Origin: Scenedesmus sp. PABB004
Taxonomy: Eukaryota
Assembly (NCBI GenBank): GCA_014905635.1
Contig: JABVCE010000003.1
Span: 372,001 to 436,000 of the forward strand
Direction of reading: 5' to 3'
DNA: 64,000 nt
The notes under the pieces were generated by a model that was given only the letters and a program-made list of their open reading frames with translations, was not told the DNA's origin and did no database searches. Positions 35,510 through 47,128 of the stretch are shown here, one piece after another; position 1 is the first letter of the stretch; each line of letters opens with the position of its first letter. Made by a program: the position numbers and the translations under genes.

Positions 35510-35801
35510 CCTGCTGCTGCTGCTCGCTGGCGGCCTCTGCGCGCGTGTGGGTGAGGTCAGAGCAACGGCAGGCACTCGTGGCGGGCGGGCTGCGGTGTGC
35601 GGCGGGCGAGCGGCCGCGCGCGCGCCGGCGCCGCGCCGTCAGTCCACAGAACCCGGCCTGCCCCGCCCGCTGGGCTGCTGCGCCACCCACAGCGCCGCAG
35701 CGCCGCCGTGGTCGCACACGAGTCCCGCTGCGCCACCGCCACCGCCGCCACCCACCGCCCGCGCGCCGCTGCCGCTGCCACGAGCGCACGCCGCTGCCAC
35801 G
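35510..35801. repeat. Dispersed repeat copy 2 (about 270-290 bp, MITE-like), in the divergent ALG13/small-gene intergenic region
   Basis: Colinear match to 22675-22973; imperfect inverted ends ctcgtggc (about 35575) and gccacgag (about 35777). Confidence 0.85.
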
Positions 35802-35884
35802 CGCCTGCCACCGCACGCCGCCGGAGCTCCAGACGCAGCGCAGGCTGGGAATTGGAGAGAGCGGGAGAGACAGCGCTCGCAGCC

Positions 35885-36470
35885 ATGGCCGGCGCGGGCG
35901 GCGCCAGCAGCGGGAGCAGCAGCAGCGGCGGCAGCGGGCCGCCTGTCGCGCCGGCAGGGCTGCCGCTGAAGGAGCTGCTGCTCGCCAGCGGCGCGGCGTG
36001 CGTGCTGGGCATGTTTTACTTCAGGGCCAAGAAGCAGACGGTGCCGTACAAGGTCCGCCGGCGGCCGCCGTGCTGCGCGCCGCGCAGGGCAGGCGGGCAG
36101 CGGCCGCTGCGCGCCGCGACCCCGGCCAGGCCCCCGCGCACGCTCGCCGCCTCGCCCTGCGTCCGCCTGTGCAGGTGTGCTACGGGCTCATGTGGCCCAC
36201 TCTGGGCGGCGGCACCATGCTCGCGGTCTCGCCCTCGCCGGAGCAGATGGCCGAGGTGGGCGGGCCAGACGCGGCGGCGCGGCGCGGCCCAGCAGCAGCG
36301 CGCGGCACCGCCGGCGGCAGCGCCGCCCCACCGCGGCCGCCGCCCGTCGCCGGCGCGCCGCGCAGCGGCTGGAGCACTCGCGCGCGGTGTCAAAGGACGA
36401 CCTGCGCCGGCAGCGCGAGGCCAACGCGGCGACGATCGAAGCGATGCGCGCGCAGTTCCAGGGGCGGTGA
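35885..36470 (+). CDS. Small (about 115 aa) predicted membrane protein of unknown function, 3 exons
   Basis: MAGAGG...LKELLLASGAACVLGMFYFRAKKQTVPYK|VCYGLMWPTLGGGTMLAVSPSPEQMAE|RLEHSRAVSKDDLRRQREANAATIEAMRAQFQGR*; both GT-AG introns are phase 0; TGTAA at 36505. Confidence 0.7.
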
Positions 36471-36490
36471 CGGCAAGCCAGCGGCCGCGC

Positions 36491-36509
36491 TTACACGCAG
36501 CTGTTGTAA
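36491..36509. promoter_or_regulatory. Opposed TGTAA poly(A) signals: minus strand 36495-36491 and plus strand 36505-36509
   Basis: ttaca...tgtaa between convergent stops at 36470 and 36583. Confidence 0.6.
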
Positions 36510-36582
36510 CGCCCCGCCGCGCCCGACGCCGCCGCACGCGGCCCAGGCCCAGCGCGCGGCAGCTGGCGGCCCGCAGCGGGGC

Positions 36583-39066
36583 TCACGCGTGCGCGGCGTG
36601 CGGCGGCCGCGCGAGCGCGTGCCGCGCCGCCCCCGCCGCGCCTCCGCCAGCGGCCGCGGCCGCGGCCGCCTCGCCGCCGCCCGCCTCGTCATCCGTCTCC
36701 TCGTCGTCCGTGCCGTCGCCGTCGCCGTCGCTGCCGCCGCCCGGCTGCGCGTGCTGCGGCGGCAGCAGCGCGTCGGGCAGCAGCGGGACCTCCTTCTTGA
36801 GCAGGACGTTGTAGAAGAGATTGTGCTGCTGCATCGGCGCGTCGCCGCCGTCGTCGCAGGCCCCGCCGTCCGAGGCCTCGCCGTCGTCCGAGGCCTCGCC
36901 GCCGGCCGGCCGCCGCCGCCGCCGCCGCCGCCGCCCCGCCGGCGCGGCGCGGTGCGCGACGCCCGCGTCGACGCGCTCGACGGTGAACCCCTCGGCGCCG
37001 CGCAGCGCGAGCACGTGGTTGAGCTGCTGCATGACGAGCACCTTGACCGCCTCCATCTCCTGCAGCTCGGGGCCCTCGATGCACTTGAACCCAGTCTCCA
37101 GGTAGAGGCTGTCGTAGTAGGTCCGCACGCCCGGGCACGGCGAGACCGCGGCCGCCGCGACGCGCGCCTGCAGGCCGGGCAGCCGGTAGAACGCCGCCTC
37201 GCGCGCCAGCGCGCCCAGCTCGCTGCGCGCGCGGCGCGGCGGGTGGCGCGGTGCGGCGCAGCGGGTGAGGAGGCGCGGCGCGCGGGGCGCCGCGCGCGGC
37301 GCGTGGGGTGCGCGTGCGCGCAGGCCGCACCGCGCGTCGCTCGGCAGCGGCGGCAGCACGGGCTCGTTTGCCGCGACTGCGCGGAGGTACTCGAGCACGT
37401 GCCCAAACACCTCGCCGCTGCGGTCGACCAGCACCTCGCCGCCCGGCAGCGCCGTCGCGAGCCCGGGCGGGCCGCCGCCCTGCACGAGCTGCCAGAAGAG
37501 GCTGCCCTCCACTGCGAGCAGCGTCGACAGCACCGTGCGGAAGCGCCGCCCGCCGACGTCGAGCGCGATCGGCGCGGTCAGCCCACCCGATGCGATGGCC
37601 GCCGCAAAGGGGCTCCCCGACGCGGCGCCGCCGCCGCTGCCGCCGCCGCCCACGCCATGCACGCCGCCGGTGCCCTGCTGCGCCGCCGCCGCCGCGTGCG
37701 CCGGCAGCCCGCCGCCGCCACCCGGCGCGTCACCCTGCGCGGACGGCGGGCGCGGGACAGGGGGTTCAACGTCCGCGCGCGCGCGGCGCGCCGTCCAGCG
37801 CCGCACGTGGGCTGCCCGCCGCGCTCACCACGTCGCCCATGGCGCCCGCGTCGTCGTCGTCGCCGCCGCCGCTGCCATAGCCGGCCATGGCGCCGCCCAG
37901 CTGCATGAACCCCGGCCCGCCCAGCACCTCGCCGTTGAGCCCCAGCCAGGGCAGGCCCGGAAGCAGCCCGCCGCTGCCTGCGGCGCGGCGCGGCGCGGGC
38001 GCGTGGGAGGGGCGCCTCGCTGCCTGGCCGCGCGCGCAGGTGAACCGCGCTGCGGGTGCGGCGCGCCCACCTGCGCGCCGCTTGGAGAGGTGCGCCACGA
38101 GCGCGGGCGCGCCGCGCTTGAGGCCGCCTGCCCGGCGCAGCGGCGGCGGCGGCGGGCGCCGTGAGCGCGAGCGCGGCCGCGCACCCCCGCCGCCGCCGGG
38201 GCGCCGCGCTTGCGCCGCCGCTGCTAGCTGCGGCCCCGCCCGCCGCGCGCCGCACCCTCTGGGCGCTTGTTGCGGTTCTCCCACCAGCGCTGGATCTGGG
38301 TGACCGTGATCTGCAGGTCCGCCATGACCGCCTCTGGGCTGGACTCGGGCTTGAGGCAGTCCGCCACGCTGCTCACGACGCGGCTGATCGCCTCAAACTC
38401 GGCCGCCGTCTCCGGCAGCCGCGCGCCCTGCAGCGCCTTAAGCTGCGTGCCCTGCACCCTGCGCGCGGCGCGCGCCGGGCGGCGGCCGGCCGGGGGGGGG
38501 GGGGGGGTCGGCGCGGCACGGCGCCCGCGCCGCGCCGCGCGGCGGCGCAGCGCCGGCGCCGGCGCCGGCGCCGCGCCGCGCTGCGCGCGCGCGCGCGCTG
38601 TCGCGGCGCACCGCGGGCGCCAGGTGTCGAGCCCCAGGTCGCTGCGCACGAGGCGCCAGAAGCGCTCGCAGCCGAGCATAAACTCCTCGCGCACGTGGCG
38701 CTCGAGCAGGCCAAAGATGTTGCTCTCCTCGCCCGCCATGGTCACCACGGGCGCGGAGTAGGGCGCGGCGGGGTCGCACTTGATCGCGAGCACCTGGCCG
38801 AGCAGGCGCTGCACCTCCTCCTTGCGCGCGGTCGGGACCTTGGCTAGGAAGCCGCCGCTGCGCGTGCCGTGGCCGTGGCCCGGCGGCACCGCCCCGCCAA
38901 AGTCCAGGTCGCCGCCGGCGCCGCCGGCGCCGTGCGCGAGGGCCATCGCGGCGGCGGCGAGCGCGTCGTGGTGATCGTGGCGCTCGCCCGAGCCGCCGTG
39001 GTCGCTGCCGTCTGCGGGGCCGACCTGCGCGTCCGGCTCGCCGCCCTCGCTGGCGCTGCTGTCCAT
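36583..39066 (-). CDS. Protein with an atypical homeodomain-like region and a KCTD/T1-type BTB domain, 6 exons
   Basis: BTB: IALDVGGRRFRTVLSTL....GS.F...LVDRSGEVFGHVLEYLR...L.REAAFYRL..L. Homeodomain-like: RPR..GTQLKALQ and LQITVTQIQRWWENRNKR. Phase-compatible introns 38255-38128, 38070-37978 and 37828-37735 join the two parts. Confidence 0.75.
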
Positions 39067-39753
39067 GGCGCCGCGGTCGGGGGCGGGCGCGGGCTGCGCG
39101 CTACGGCTGGCGCGGCGACGCGGGCGCCGCTCCGTCGCCGTTTCGAACACGGCGCCGAGCGGCAGCGCGCTCGTGGCGCGCCCGACAGCACGCGGTTAGG
39201 GGGGCGGTCGACGGCGCAGGACGGGGCGATGGACCGCTGCTCGCCTGCTGCGACGCGGCGGCGGCGCGGCAGCGGAGCGCTGCTGCTGCTATGCCGGCTC
39301 GCCGCGCGGCGTCTGCGTGGCGAGATGGGGCCGCGAGCGAGGGGCGACACGGAGGTTGTGCAGGGACCGGGGACATGTGGTTGCGCATGTAGCGGGCGCT
39401 GCATGGAAGGCCCGCGGCCGTCGGCCCTGAACCGCCGCCGCCGCCAGCGACGCACGCGCGCGGGAGCTGCTAATTACCACAACCGCGAGAGCGCGCTCGA
39501 GCGCGCGCCGCGTGGCGGCGACGGCAGCGCGCAGCACCGCCGCCGCGTGCACGCCGCGCCGCCGCGCCGCGCCGGCTGCCGGCCGGGCCGGGCACCCTAC
39601 TACCGCCCGCCCGCGCCCGCCGAGCGCGCCCGCTGCATACCCGCCCGCCGCGCGGCGCCGCGGCGGCGCGCCGGTGCGGCCTCGCCGCGCCCGCCGCGCC
39701 AGCCGCCGCCCGGGGATCCCCGCCCGCCCGCGCGCGTGTCGCGCGCGCGCCGC

Positions 39754-42700
39754 TCACAGCTTGTCCTCGTACTCGGACAGCGCCGCGGGCTCGGGCTTGA
39801 TGCCCTTGCGCTTGCGGATGTCGAGCACGAGCTGGTGGGTCTGGCTGCCGGCCTGCTGCGGGTCGGCCTGCATGATGTCCCAGTGGTCAAACACGCACTG
39901 CGGGAAGGCCTGGCCCGACGTCGCGGCGCGCAGCGTGGCGGTGAAGCCAAACGACTCGATGACGGGGAGGTAGGCCTTGATGTTGTACATCGGCGTGCCC
40001 GGGCGCTGCATCTCCTCAAACACCATGCCGCGCTTCTGGTTCAGCACTGCGCGGCGCGGGCGCGGCGCGGGGCGGGGCGGGGCGGGGCGGGGAGGGAGGG
40101 CGGCGGGCGGGGGCGGGGCGGGGGAGGTCGGCGCGGGCGGCGGGCGGCGGGCGGCAGCAGCAGCAGCGGCGGCTGCGGCTGCACCAGCGGCTGCGGCTGC
40201 AGCAGCGGCTGCGGCAGCAGCGGCAGCGGCTGCGCACCCGAGTAGATGCCGCCGAGCGCGTTCTCGGGCGCCTGGATCTCGACCAGGTACACCGGCTCGC
40301 ACAGGCGCGGCTTGGCGGTCAGCTCGGCGGCGTAGAGCGCGCGGCGGCAGGTGGGGATGATCTGGCCGCCGCCGCGGTGGATCGCGTCGGCGTGGAGCAC
40401 GACGTCGTGGAACTCAAACACAATGCCGCGCATGTTCTCCTCCGCGAGCACGCCCTCCTTGGTGGCCCACTGGAACGCGGCGACGCAGGAGTCCTTGATC
40501 TCGTTGAGGTACTGCACGCCCTTGGCGACGTCGACGAGCACGTTGGGCCCGGTCGTGTCGGGGCCGAAGCACCAGATCTTCTTGGTCAGCTCCTTGTCCC
40601 ACCCAAACTCCTCGCTCATGAGCTTGCTGCGGACCTTGGGGTCGTCGCGCGGGCCGACCTTGCCCTCGTCGATCGCCTCGGCCAGGCCGTCCTCCATCGG
40701 CCGCGCCTGCGCGGCGCGGGGGCGAGGGCGGCGGGCGGGCGGGCGGGCGGGCGGGCGGGCGTGAGCGCGCGCGCGCGAGCGGGCCGGCGGCTGCGCCGGC
40801 GGGACGGGACGGCGCCCGCGCGCGCGCCCGCGCGCCCTGCGCGCGGCCGGACCTGGAGGTACAGGCGGTTGTGCTTGTTGGGCGACTTGGACATCACGGT
40901 GTGGTCGCTCGGCGCCGACACGGTCTCGCGGAAGGACACGACCGGCTCCGACACGCGGATCTCGGCGCCGCCCATGAAGTCGTCCTGCAGGTCCTTCAGG
41001 CAGATCTCGAGGTGCAGCTCGCCGGCGCCTGCCGGGGCGGGGCGCGCGCGGGGCGGCGGCGGCGCGTGAGCGGCAGCGGGCGTGGGGCGCTGCTGGGCGC
41101 CGCCGCGGTCGCGCTGCTGCCGCGCGCAGCCCCGCCGCTGCCCGCCCGCTCCCGCTCTGCTGCGGGCTGCTGCCCGCCCGCTCCCGCTCTGCTGCGGGCT
41201 GCTGCCCGCCCGCCGCGCGCGCTGCCGCCCGCCCGCCGCGCGCGCTGCCGGCGCGCGGCGCGCACCGGCGATGATGTGCTCGCCGGTCTCCTCGATGATG
41301 CACTGCACCATGGGGTCGGAGCGCGCGAGGCGCTTGAGGCCCTCCACCAGCTTGGGCAGGTCGGACGCGATCTTGGGCTCCACTGCCACGCGCACGACGG
41401 GGCTCACGCTGAACTTCATCGCCTGCGGTAGAGCAGCAGCAGGGGCAGCAGCAGGGGCAGCAGGACAGCAGCATGAGCGCGGCGCCGGGCGCGGCGGCAG
41501 GCGCGGCCGCCGCTGGCCGCTGGCGCCGCGGCGGGCGAGGCGCGCGGGCGGGTGCGGCGGGTGCGGCGGGGTGCGGGTGCGGCGGGCGCGCGCCTTCATG
41601 GGGTGCGCGTCCTCGTTGCCCTCGTTGGTGATGGTCGCGGTCTTGGTGATGAACTGGTCGAGGCCGACCAGCGCGACGGTGTTGCCGCACGGCACGCTCT
41701 CGACCGCCTCCTGCTTGCGGCCCATGCAGAGCACGGTGCGCTGCACGCTCTTGTTGTAGAGGTCCTTCTTGGTGCCGGGCTCGTAGTTGGGGCCCATGAT
41801 GCGAGCCTGGGCAGGCGTGGGCGCGCGGGCGGGTGGGTGGGTGAGCGGGTGAGCGGGTGTGAGCGCGGGCGCAGGCGCGGGCGCAGGCGTGGGCGGGGCG
41901 CGCGCGGCCGCGCCGGGCGCCGCGCGCCAGGAGCCGCGCGCCAGGAGGGCCGCCGCCGGCGCCGCCGCCGCGCGGCCGCCGCGCGCCGCGCCGCGCCGCG
42001 GCGGGCGCGCGCACCTTCTTGCCGGTCGCGACGGTGCCGGCGAAGACGCGGCCGAACGCGACGAAGCGGCCCTTGTCGCTGGTGGGGATCATCTTGGACA
42101 CGTACATCATGAGCGGGCCGTCGGGGTCGCAGTTGCGGATCGCGGTCGCGTACGCGTCGTCGAGCGGGCCCTCGTACAGCGTGTCGACGCGGTACTTCTG
42201 CGCAAACGCGGGGCTGGGCAGGTGGTAGATGATCATCTCAAGCAGCGCCTCGCTCGCGGGCAGCCACGTCTGCGCGGCGCGGCGGCGGCGGGGGTGGCGG
42301 CGGCGGGGAGCGCGCGCGTGAGGCCGGCGGCGCGGCGGCGGCGGGGCGGGCGGTGGCGGGCGCTGCCGTGCGCCGCGCGCTGCCGTGCGCCGCGCGCGCT
42401 GCTGCGGTGCTGAGCCGCGCTCGTGCGGCGCGGCGTCGCGGCGCGCCTGCATGACGCGCTTCATGAGCGGCTTGCCGATGAGCTCCTTGTCCTCCGACTT
42501 GAGCTTGTGCAGGACGTTGATCTTCTCGAGCATGGCAAACAGCTTCTCCTTCTTGTCCTCCATCGCGAGGTCGATGACCTGCGCGCGGCGGCGGCGGCGC
42601 GGCGGCGTGAGCGCGGGCGTGAGCGCGGGCGCAGGCGCCGGCCCCTGCTGCACGCCCGCCCGCCGGCCCGCCGGCCCGCCGGCTGTGCCCCCGGCTGCCC

Positions 42701-44644
42701 CCGCGGTCGCGCGCGGCGGGGGCGCACCGTCTTGATGGGGTTGTAGCAGAACTGCACGAAGCCGCGCACGCAGGTCTTGGAGTCGGTCGCCTTCTTGGTC
42801 CACTTCTTGGTCGCGGGGTCAAAGAAGTTGTCGCCCCACAGCTTCTCCATCATCTTGGCCTCGTCCGTGCCAAACTTGGCGGCGTACATCTGGGCAAACG
42901 TGGTCAGCGTGAACGCCCACGCGTGCAGGCCGGCCGAGAACGACACGGTGCCCTTGTCGGGGTAGACCTGCGCGGCGGCGGGCGCGCGCGGCGCGCGTGA
43001 GCGGCGCGCGTGAGCGGCGCGTGGCGCGCGGCGCGCAGCGTGCGGCGCTGGGCTGCTGCCCGGCGCGCGGCCCGCGCGCTGCTGCTGCCGCGGCGCTGCT
43101 GCTGCCGCGGCGCGCGCCTGGAGGTCGCCCATGGCCTCGTCCTGGTAGGTCGCGAGGATGACGTTGGCGTTCTCGATGACGCGCAGGTAGGTCGTGTAGG
43201 CCTCCTCGCCCTCGAGCTTGAGCTCCAGGAAGCAGCGGTCCATCTTGTTCACCGTCAGCACGGGGCGGATGCGCTCCGCGAGCGCCTGGCGCAGCACCGT
43301 CTCGGTCTGCACGCACACACCCTCCACGCAGTCGACGACGACGAGCGCGCCGTCGGTGATGCGCAGCGCGGCCGTGACCTGCGCGGCGGCGCGCGCGCGG
43401 CGCGGCGTGAGCGCGCGGCGCTGCGGCGCTGCGGCTGCTGCTGCCGCTGCTGCCGCTGCTGCTGCGGCGGCGTGCTGCTGTTGCCGCGACGCTGCTGCTG
43501 CTGCGACGCTGCTGCTGCCGCCGCTGCGCCGCCGCGCTCGGCGCGCGCCTCGGACGAGAAGTCGACGTGACCGGGCGAGTCGATGAGGTTGACGAGGAAG
43601 GCCTGGCCGTCGCGGGCCTTCTTGAAGGCCTTGAGGCTCTCGTCGCTCATCTCGTAGTACAGGGAGATGCCGGTCGACTTGATCGTGATGCCGCGCTCCT
43701 GCTCGTCCGCGCGCGTGTCGGTCAGGCGCGCGTCGCCGGCCTGCGCGCGGGCGCGGGCGCGGGGTGCGGGGTGGCGGCGGGGCGGGTCGCGGCGGGGCGG
43801 GTGAGGGCGGCGCGGGTGAGGGCGGCGGCGCGGGCGGGCGAGGGCGGCGCGCTGCCGGCGCGCGCGCGCCGCTGCGCCCGCTGCGCCGCGTGCCCGCTGC
43901 GCCCGCCGCGCACCTGCTCGACCGCCATGATACCGGCGGCGGCCACCAGGGAGTCCGTCAGCGTCGACTTGCCTGCGGGCGCGGCGGGCGCGGGCGCGGC
44001 GGTCGGGCCGGGCCCCGCCGGCCACGCGGCGCAGCGCGGCGAGCCCGCGCGTCGCCCGCGCGTCCGGCCGTGTCGCGCGCGTGGTGCGCGCACCGTGGTC
44101 GACGTGCGCGATGACGGACATGTTGCGGATGTTGTCCTTCTTGTCCATCTGCGGCGCGCGGCGCGGCGCGGCGCGTGGGCGCGCGCGCGCGGCCGCCGCC
44201 AACTGCTGCGCCGGCCGCCGGCCGCCGCCGGGCGCGCGCCGCGGGGCGCCGCGGTCGCCCCCGGCCCGCGCTGTCGGCCCTTCCAGCCCGCGCCGCGGCC
44301 CTGGGCGCGCGCGCCGGGCAGCCCGCGCCGGCCGCCGCCTCGGCCCGCAAACGCCGGGGCCACTGCTGCCGATCAAGGCCGCCCGCCGCCCGCTGGCGCG
44401 CCGCGCCGCCCGCCACGGCGCGCGGCCGGGACGGCCCGGGCGCGCGACAGCCGGGACGCCATAGCGGCGGGGCGCGCGGCCGCGGCGCGCGCCGACAGGG
44501 GCGGCCTCGCATGCGGCGCCTGCCCGCCGGCGCCCGGCGCCGCCGCGGGCCCGCCCCGCGGCCGCGGTCGGAGGCTGGAGGTCCCGTGGCCCTGATCCGA
44601 GCGCGCACCAGCTTGCGGATCTCCTCAATGGTGAACTTGACCAT
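39754..44644 (-). CDS. EEF2: Eukaryotic translation elongation factor 2, 13 exons
   Basis: [74 protein letters not shown], diphthamide loop [30 protein letters not shown] and YEDKL*. Confidence 0.98.
41137..41213. repeat. 32-bp tandem duplication (about 2.3 copies) within an eEF2 intron
   Basis: gctgcccgcccgctcccgctctgctgcgggct repeated head to tail. Confidence 0.8.
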
Positions 44645-45082
44645 GGCTGCTCGCTTCCGGTGCCGGACGGCACCAACGGTCAAGGGGGGGAAGGGGGGGC
44701 TGCCGAACAGGCAGGAGAGGGCGAGGGCGGGGCCGCGCCGGCGGCTTGGCCTGCCGCGCCGACCGCGCGCAGCAGTGATGGCAGAACCGCGCACGCCCAG
44801 GCACGCTGCAGGCGTCACGCGCCCCTCCCGCGCACCGCCAGCCCTCGCGCAGAGCCAATGCGCCGCGCCCGGCACCGCAGCAGCGCAGCTGGCGGGCGCG
44901 GCCGCTGCGGGGTCGCAGGCGGGCGCAGCAGCGCGCCACGCGCGTCCCGGAGCTCGCTGTCGGGCGCGGGTCGGGACGGCGCGGGTGCCGAGACAGTTAC
45001 GCAGCGACGCCGGGCGACGCCGCGCCGGCGCCGGCGCCGCCGCTGCTGCGCGCAGCCGGCCGGCCGGCCGGCGCACCCCCGG

Positions 45083-47128
45083 TCACCGCCGTCGCCGGCG
45101 CCCCGCCCAGCCGCGCTGCCACCAGGCGCGGCCGCCGGCGGCGACCGCCGCCGCCGCGGTGCGGCGGCGCGCGACCGCGTCCATCGCGGCCGAAACCGCG
45201 CCGGCGACGGCGCCCGCGTCGAGGTCGGGCTCGCAGCGCACGGTCGTGTAGTTGTGGCCCAGCATGGCCGCCATGTTGTGGTAGTGGTAGTTGGACTCCA
45301 TGTTGAGCCACACCTCCACGACCGCGGCGCCGGGGGCGAGCCAGACCTGGTTGGCCAGCCCCGCGCCGTGCACGCCGGCGAGCACGCCCGTGCGCGCGAG
45401 CAGCGATACCTGGTCGGGGTAGAGGGGCAGCTCGGACAGCTCCGCCACCTGCAGCGTGAACAGCACGCCGCGCGGCGCGCAGCCGCTGCCCTGCGGCTGC
45501 CCCGGCACGCACGTCGCGGCGTTCCAGCGCGCGACCGCGCGCGTCAGCGCCACGAGCAGCTCCTCCTGCCCCGCCGGCGGCAGCCGCCGCGCGCGCTGCC
45601 ACGCGGTCAGCGACGCCTCGCGCTGCCGCTCGAAGCGCGCGCGGCTGAGCCAGAGCACGTGCAGGTGCTCCAGCGGCGCGGGCGACTGCGTGGGCGAGGG
45701 CTGCAGCGGCGCGAGGTCGGCCGCCGCGGCCGCGCCGAGGCTGTAAAAGCTGCTGCGCCAGCCGCCCACGCCGCCGGCGCCGGCGCTGCCGCCGCCGCCC
45801 ACGCTACCGCCGCCGCTTCTGTCGCCGCTGCCGCCGCCGCCGTCGCCGCTGCCCCGCTGCTGCTGCCGGCGCCCGCCGCCGGCGCTGGCCGCGGCGGCAG
45901 CAGGTCGCGGAAGAGGTGGCGCAGCCAGAGGCTCGCGCCGCGCAGCACCACGCTCTCGCACAGCACCTCGTCCGCGTTGCCGGCCTTGTACGTGAGCAGC
46001 GACTGCGTGTGCGCCGCGTACGGCGCGAGCAGCGCGGCCGCGAAGCACGTGCCCGGCGGGAAGGGCTGCGCGCGCAGCAGGCGCAGCGGGTGCGGGTGCG
46101 AGAGGCGGCGCCAGACGTCCAGGAAGAAGCCAGGCGGCCGGTCGTCCGCGATCACGACCTGCACCGCGGCGCGCGCGCGAGGCGGCGCGGCCGGCGGTCC
46201 GCGCGGCGCAGCGCGACGCGGCGCGCCCCGCGCGCGTGCCCGCGCCGGGCGCCCGCGCGCACCTCGAGCCCGAGCGCGGCGAGCGCGGGCGGCAGCTGCA
46301 GCACCGCGAGCGCGGCAAACGTGGTGACCACGGCCTCGAGGTTGTGGAACGCGTTCTCCGCGTCGACCCGCATCACAAACAGCACCGGGTGCGCCACGAC
46401 GCGCCCCGGCGCGCACGCCGCCGCCGCGTCGGCGGCGGGCGGGCCCGGCTCAAACGCCGGCGCCTGCACGAGCCACAGCCGGCTGCCCTCGTTGCTCGCC
46501 AGCCGGCCGCGCAGGAAGGCGCGCGGCTCGGCGGCGCGCGCGCACGCGAGGCGCAGGCTGCCCGGCGCGGGGTTGGGCAGGCCGTCGATGCCGCTGCCCG
46601 CCGCGCCGAGCAGCGCGCCCGTGCTGGGCAGCAGCGCGTCGCGCAGCACGCACGTCGACAGGTCGGCCTCGGGGTGCGCGTAGCAGGTGACGCTGCTCGC
46701 GCCCGGCTGCGCGCGCGCGTCGGCCGAGCCGTTGGCGCTTCCGCTGCAGTAGTCGCCCGACAGGCGCCGCCAGCGCTGCACGTAGCCCTCGCCGTAGTCG
46801 GCGGAGCACGGCGGCGCGTGCGCGGTGGCCGAGCCCGCGAGCTGCCGCGACGCCGCCCTGAGCCAGTGGTCGGGCTGCAGCTTGCGCACGTCGCGCAGGC
46901 GCAGCGGGGCGCCGCCCCGTGCGCGCCAACCGCCGCGGACGCGCGGTCGTCGCTGGCGCCGCCGGCCACCTGCGCCGCGCCGCCGCGCGCCACCAGCAGC
47001 AGCAGCACCAGCACCACCAGACGCAGCAGGGGCGACCCCAGCAGAGCCGCCGCCACTGGGCGCGCGCCGGCGCGGCTGCCGCAGCGGCGGCGCCGAGCGC
47101 GCGGACGCGTGCCCGCCGCGGCGCTCAT
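45083..47128 (-). CDS. Glycosyltransferase family 61 (EOGT/DUF563-like), type II membrane protein; one or two apparent frameshifts
   Basis: N-terminal TM segment LLRLVVLVLLLLVA; R.D.ENAFH; LWLSR; QVSLLARTGVLAGVHGAGLANQVWL.PGAAVVE...HY.NMA.MLG..Y, the GT61 signature. Confidence 0.85.
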
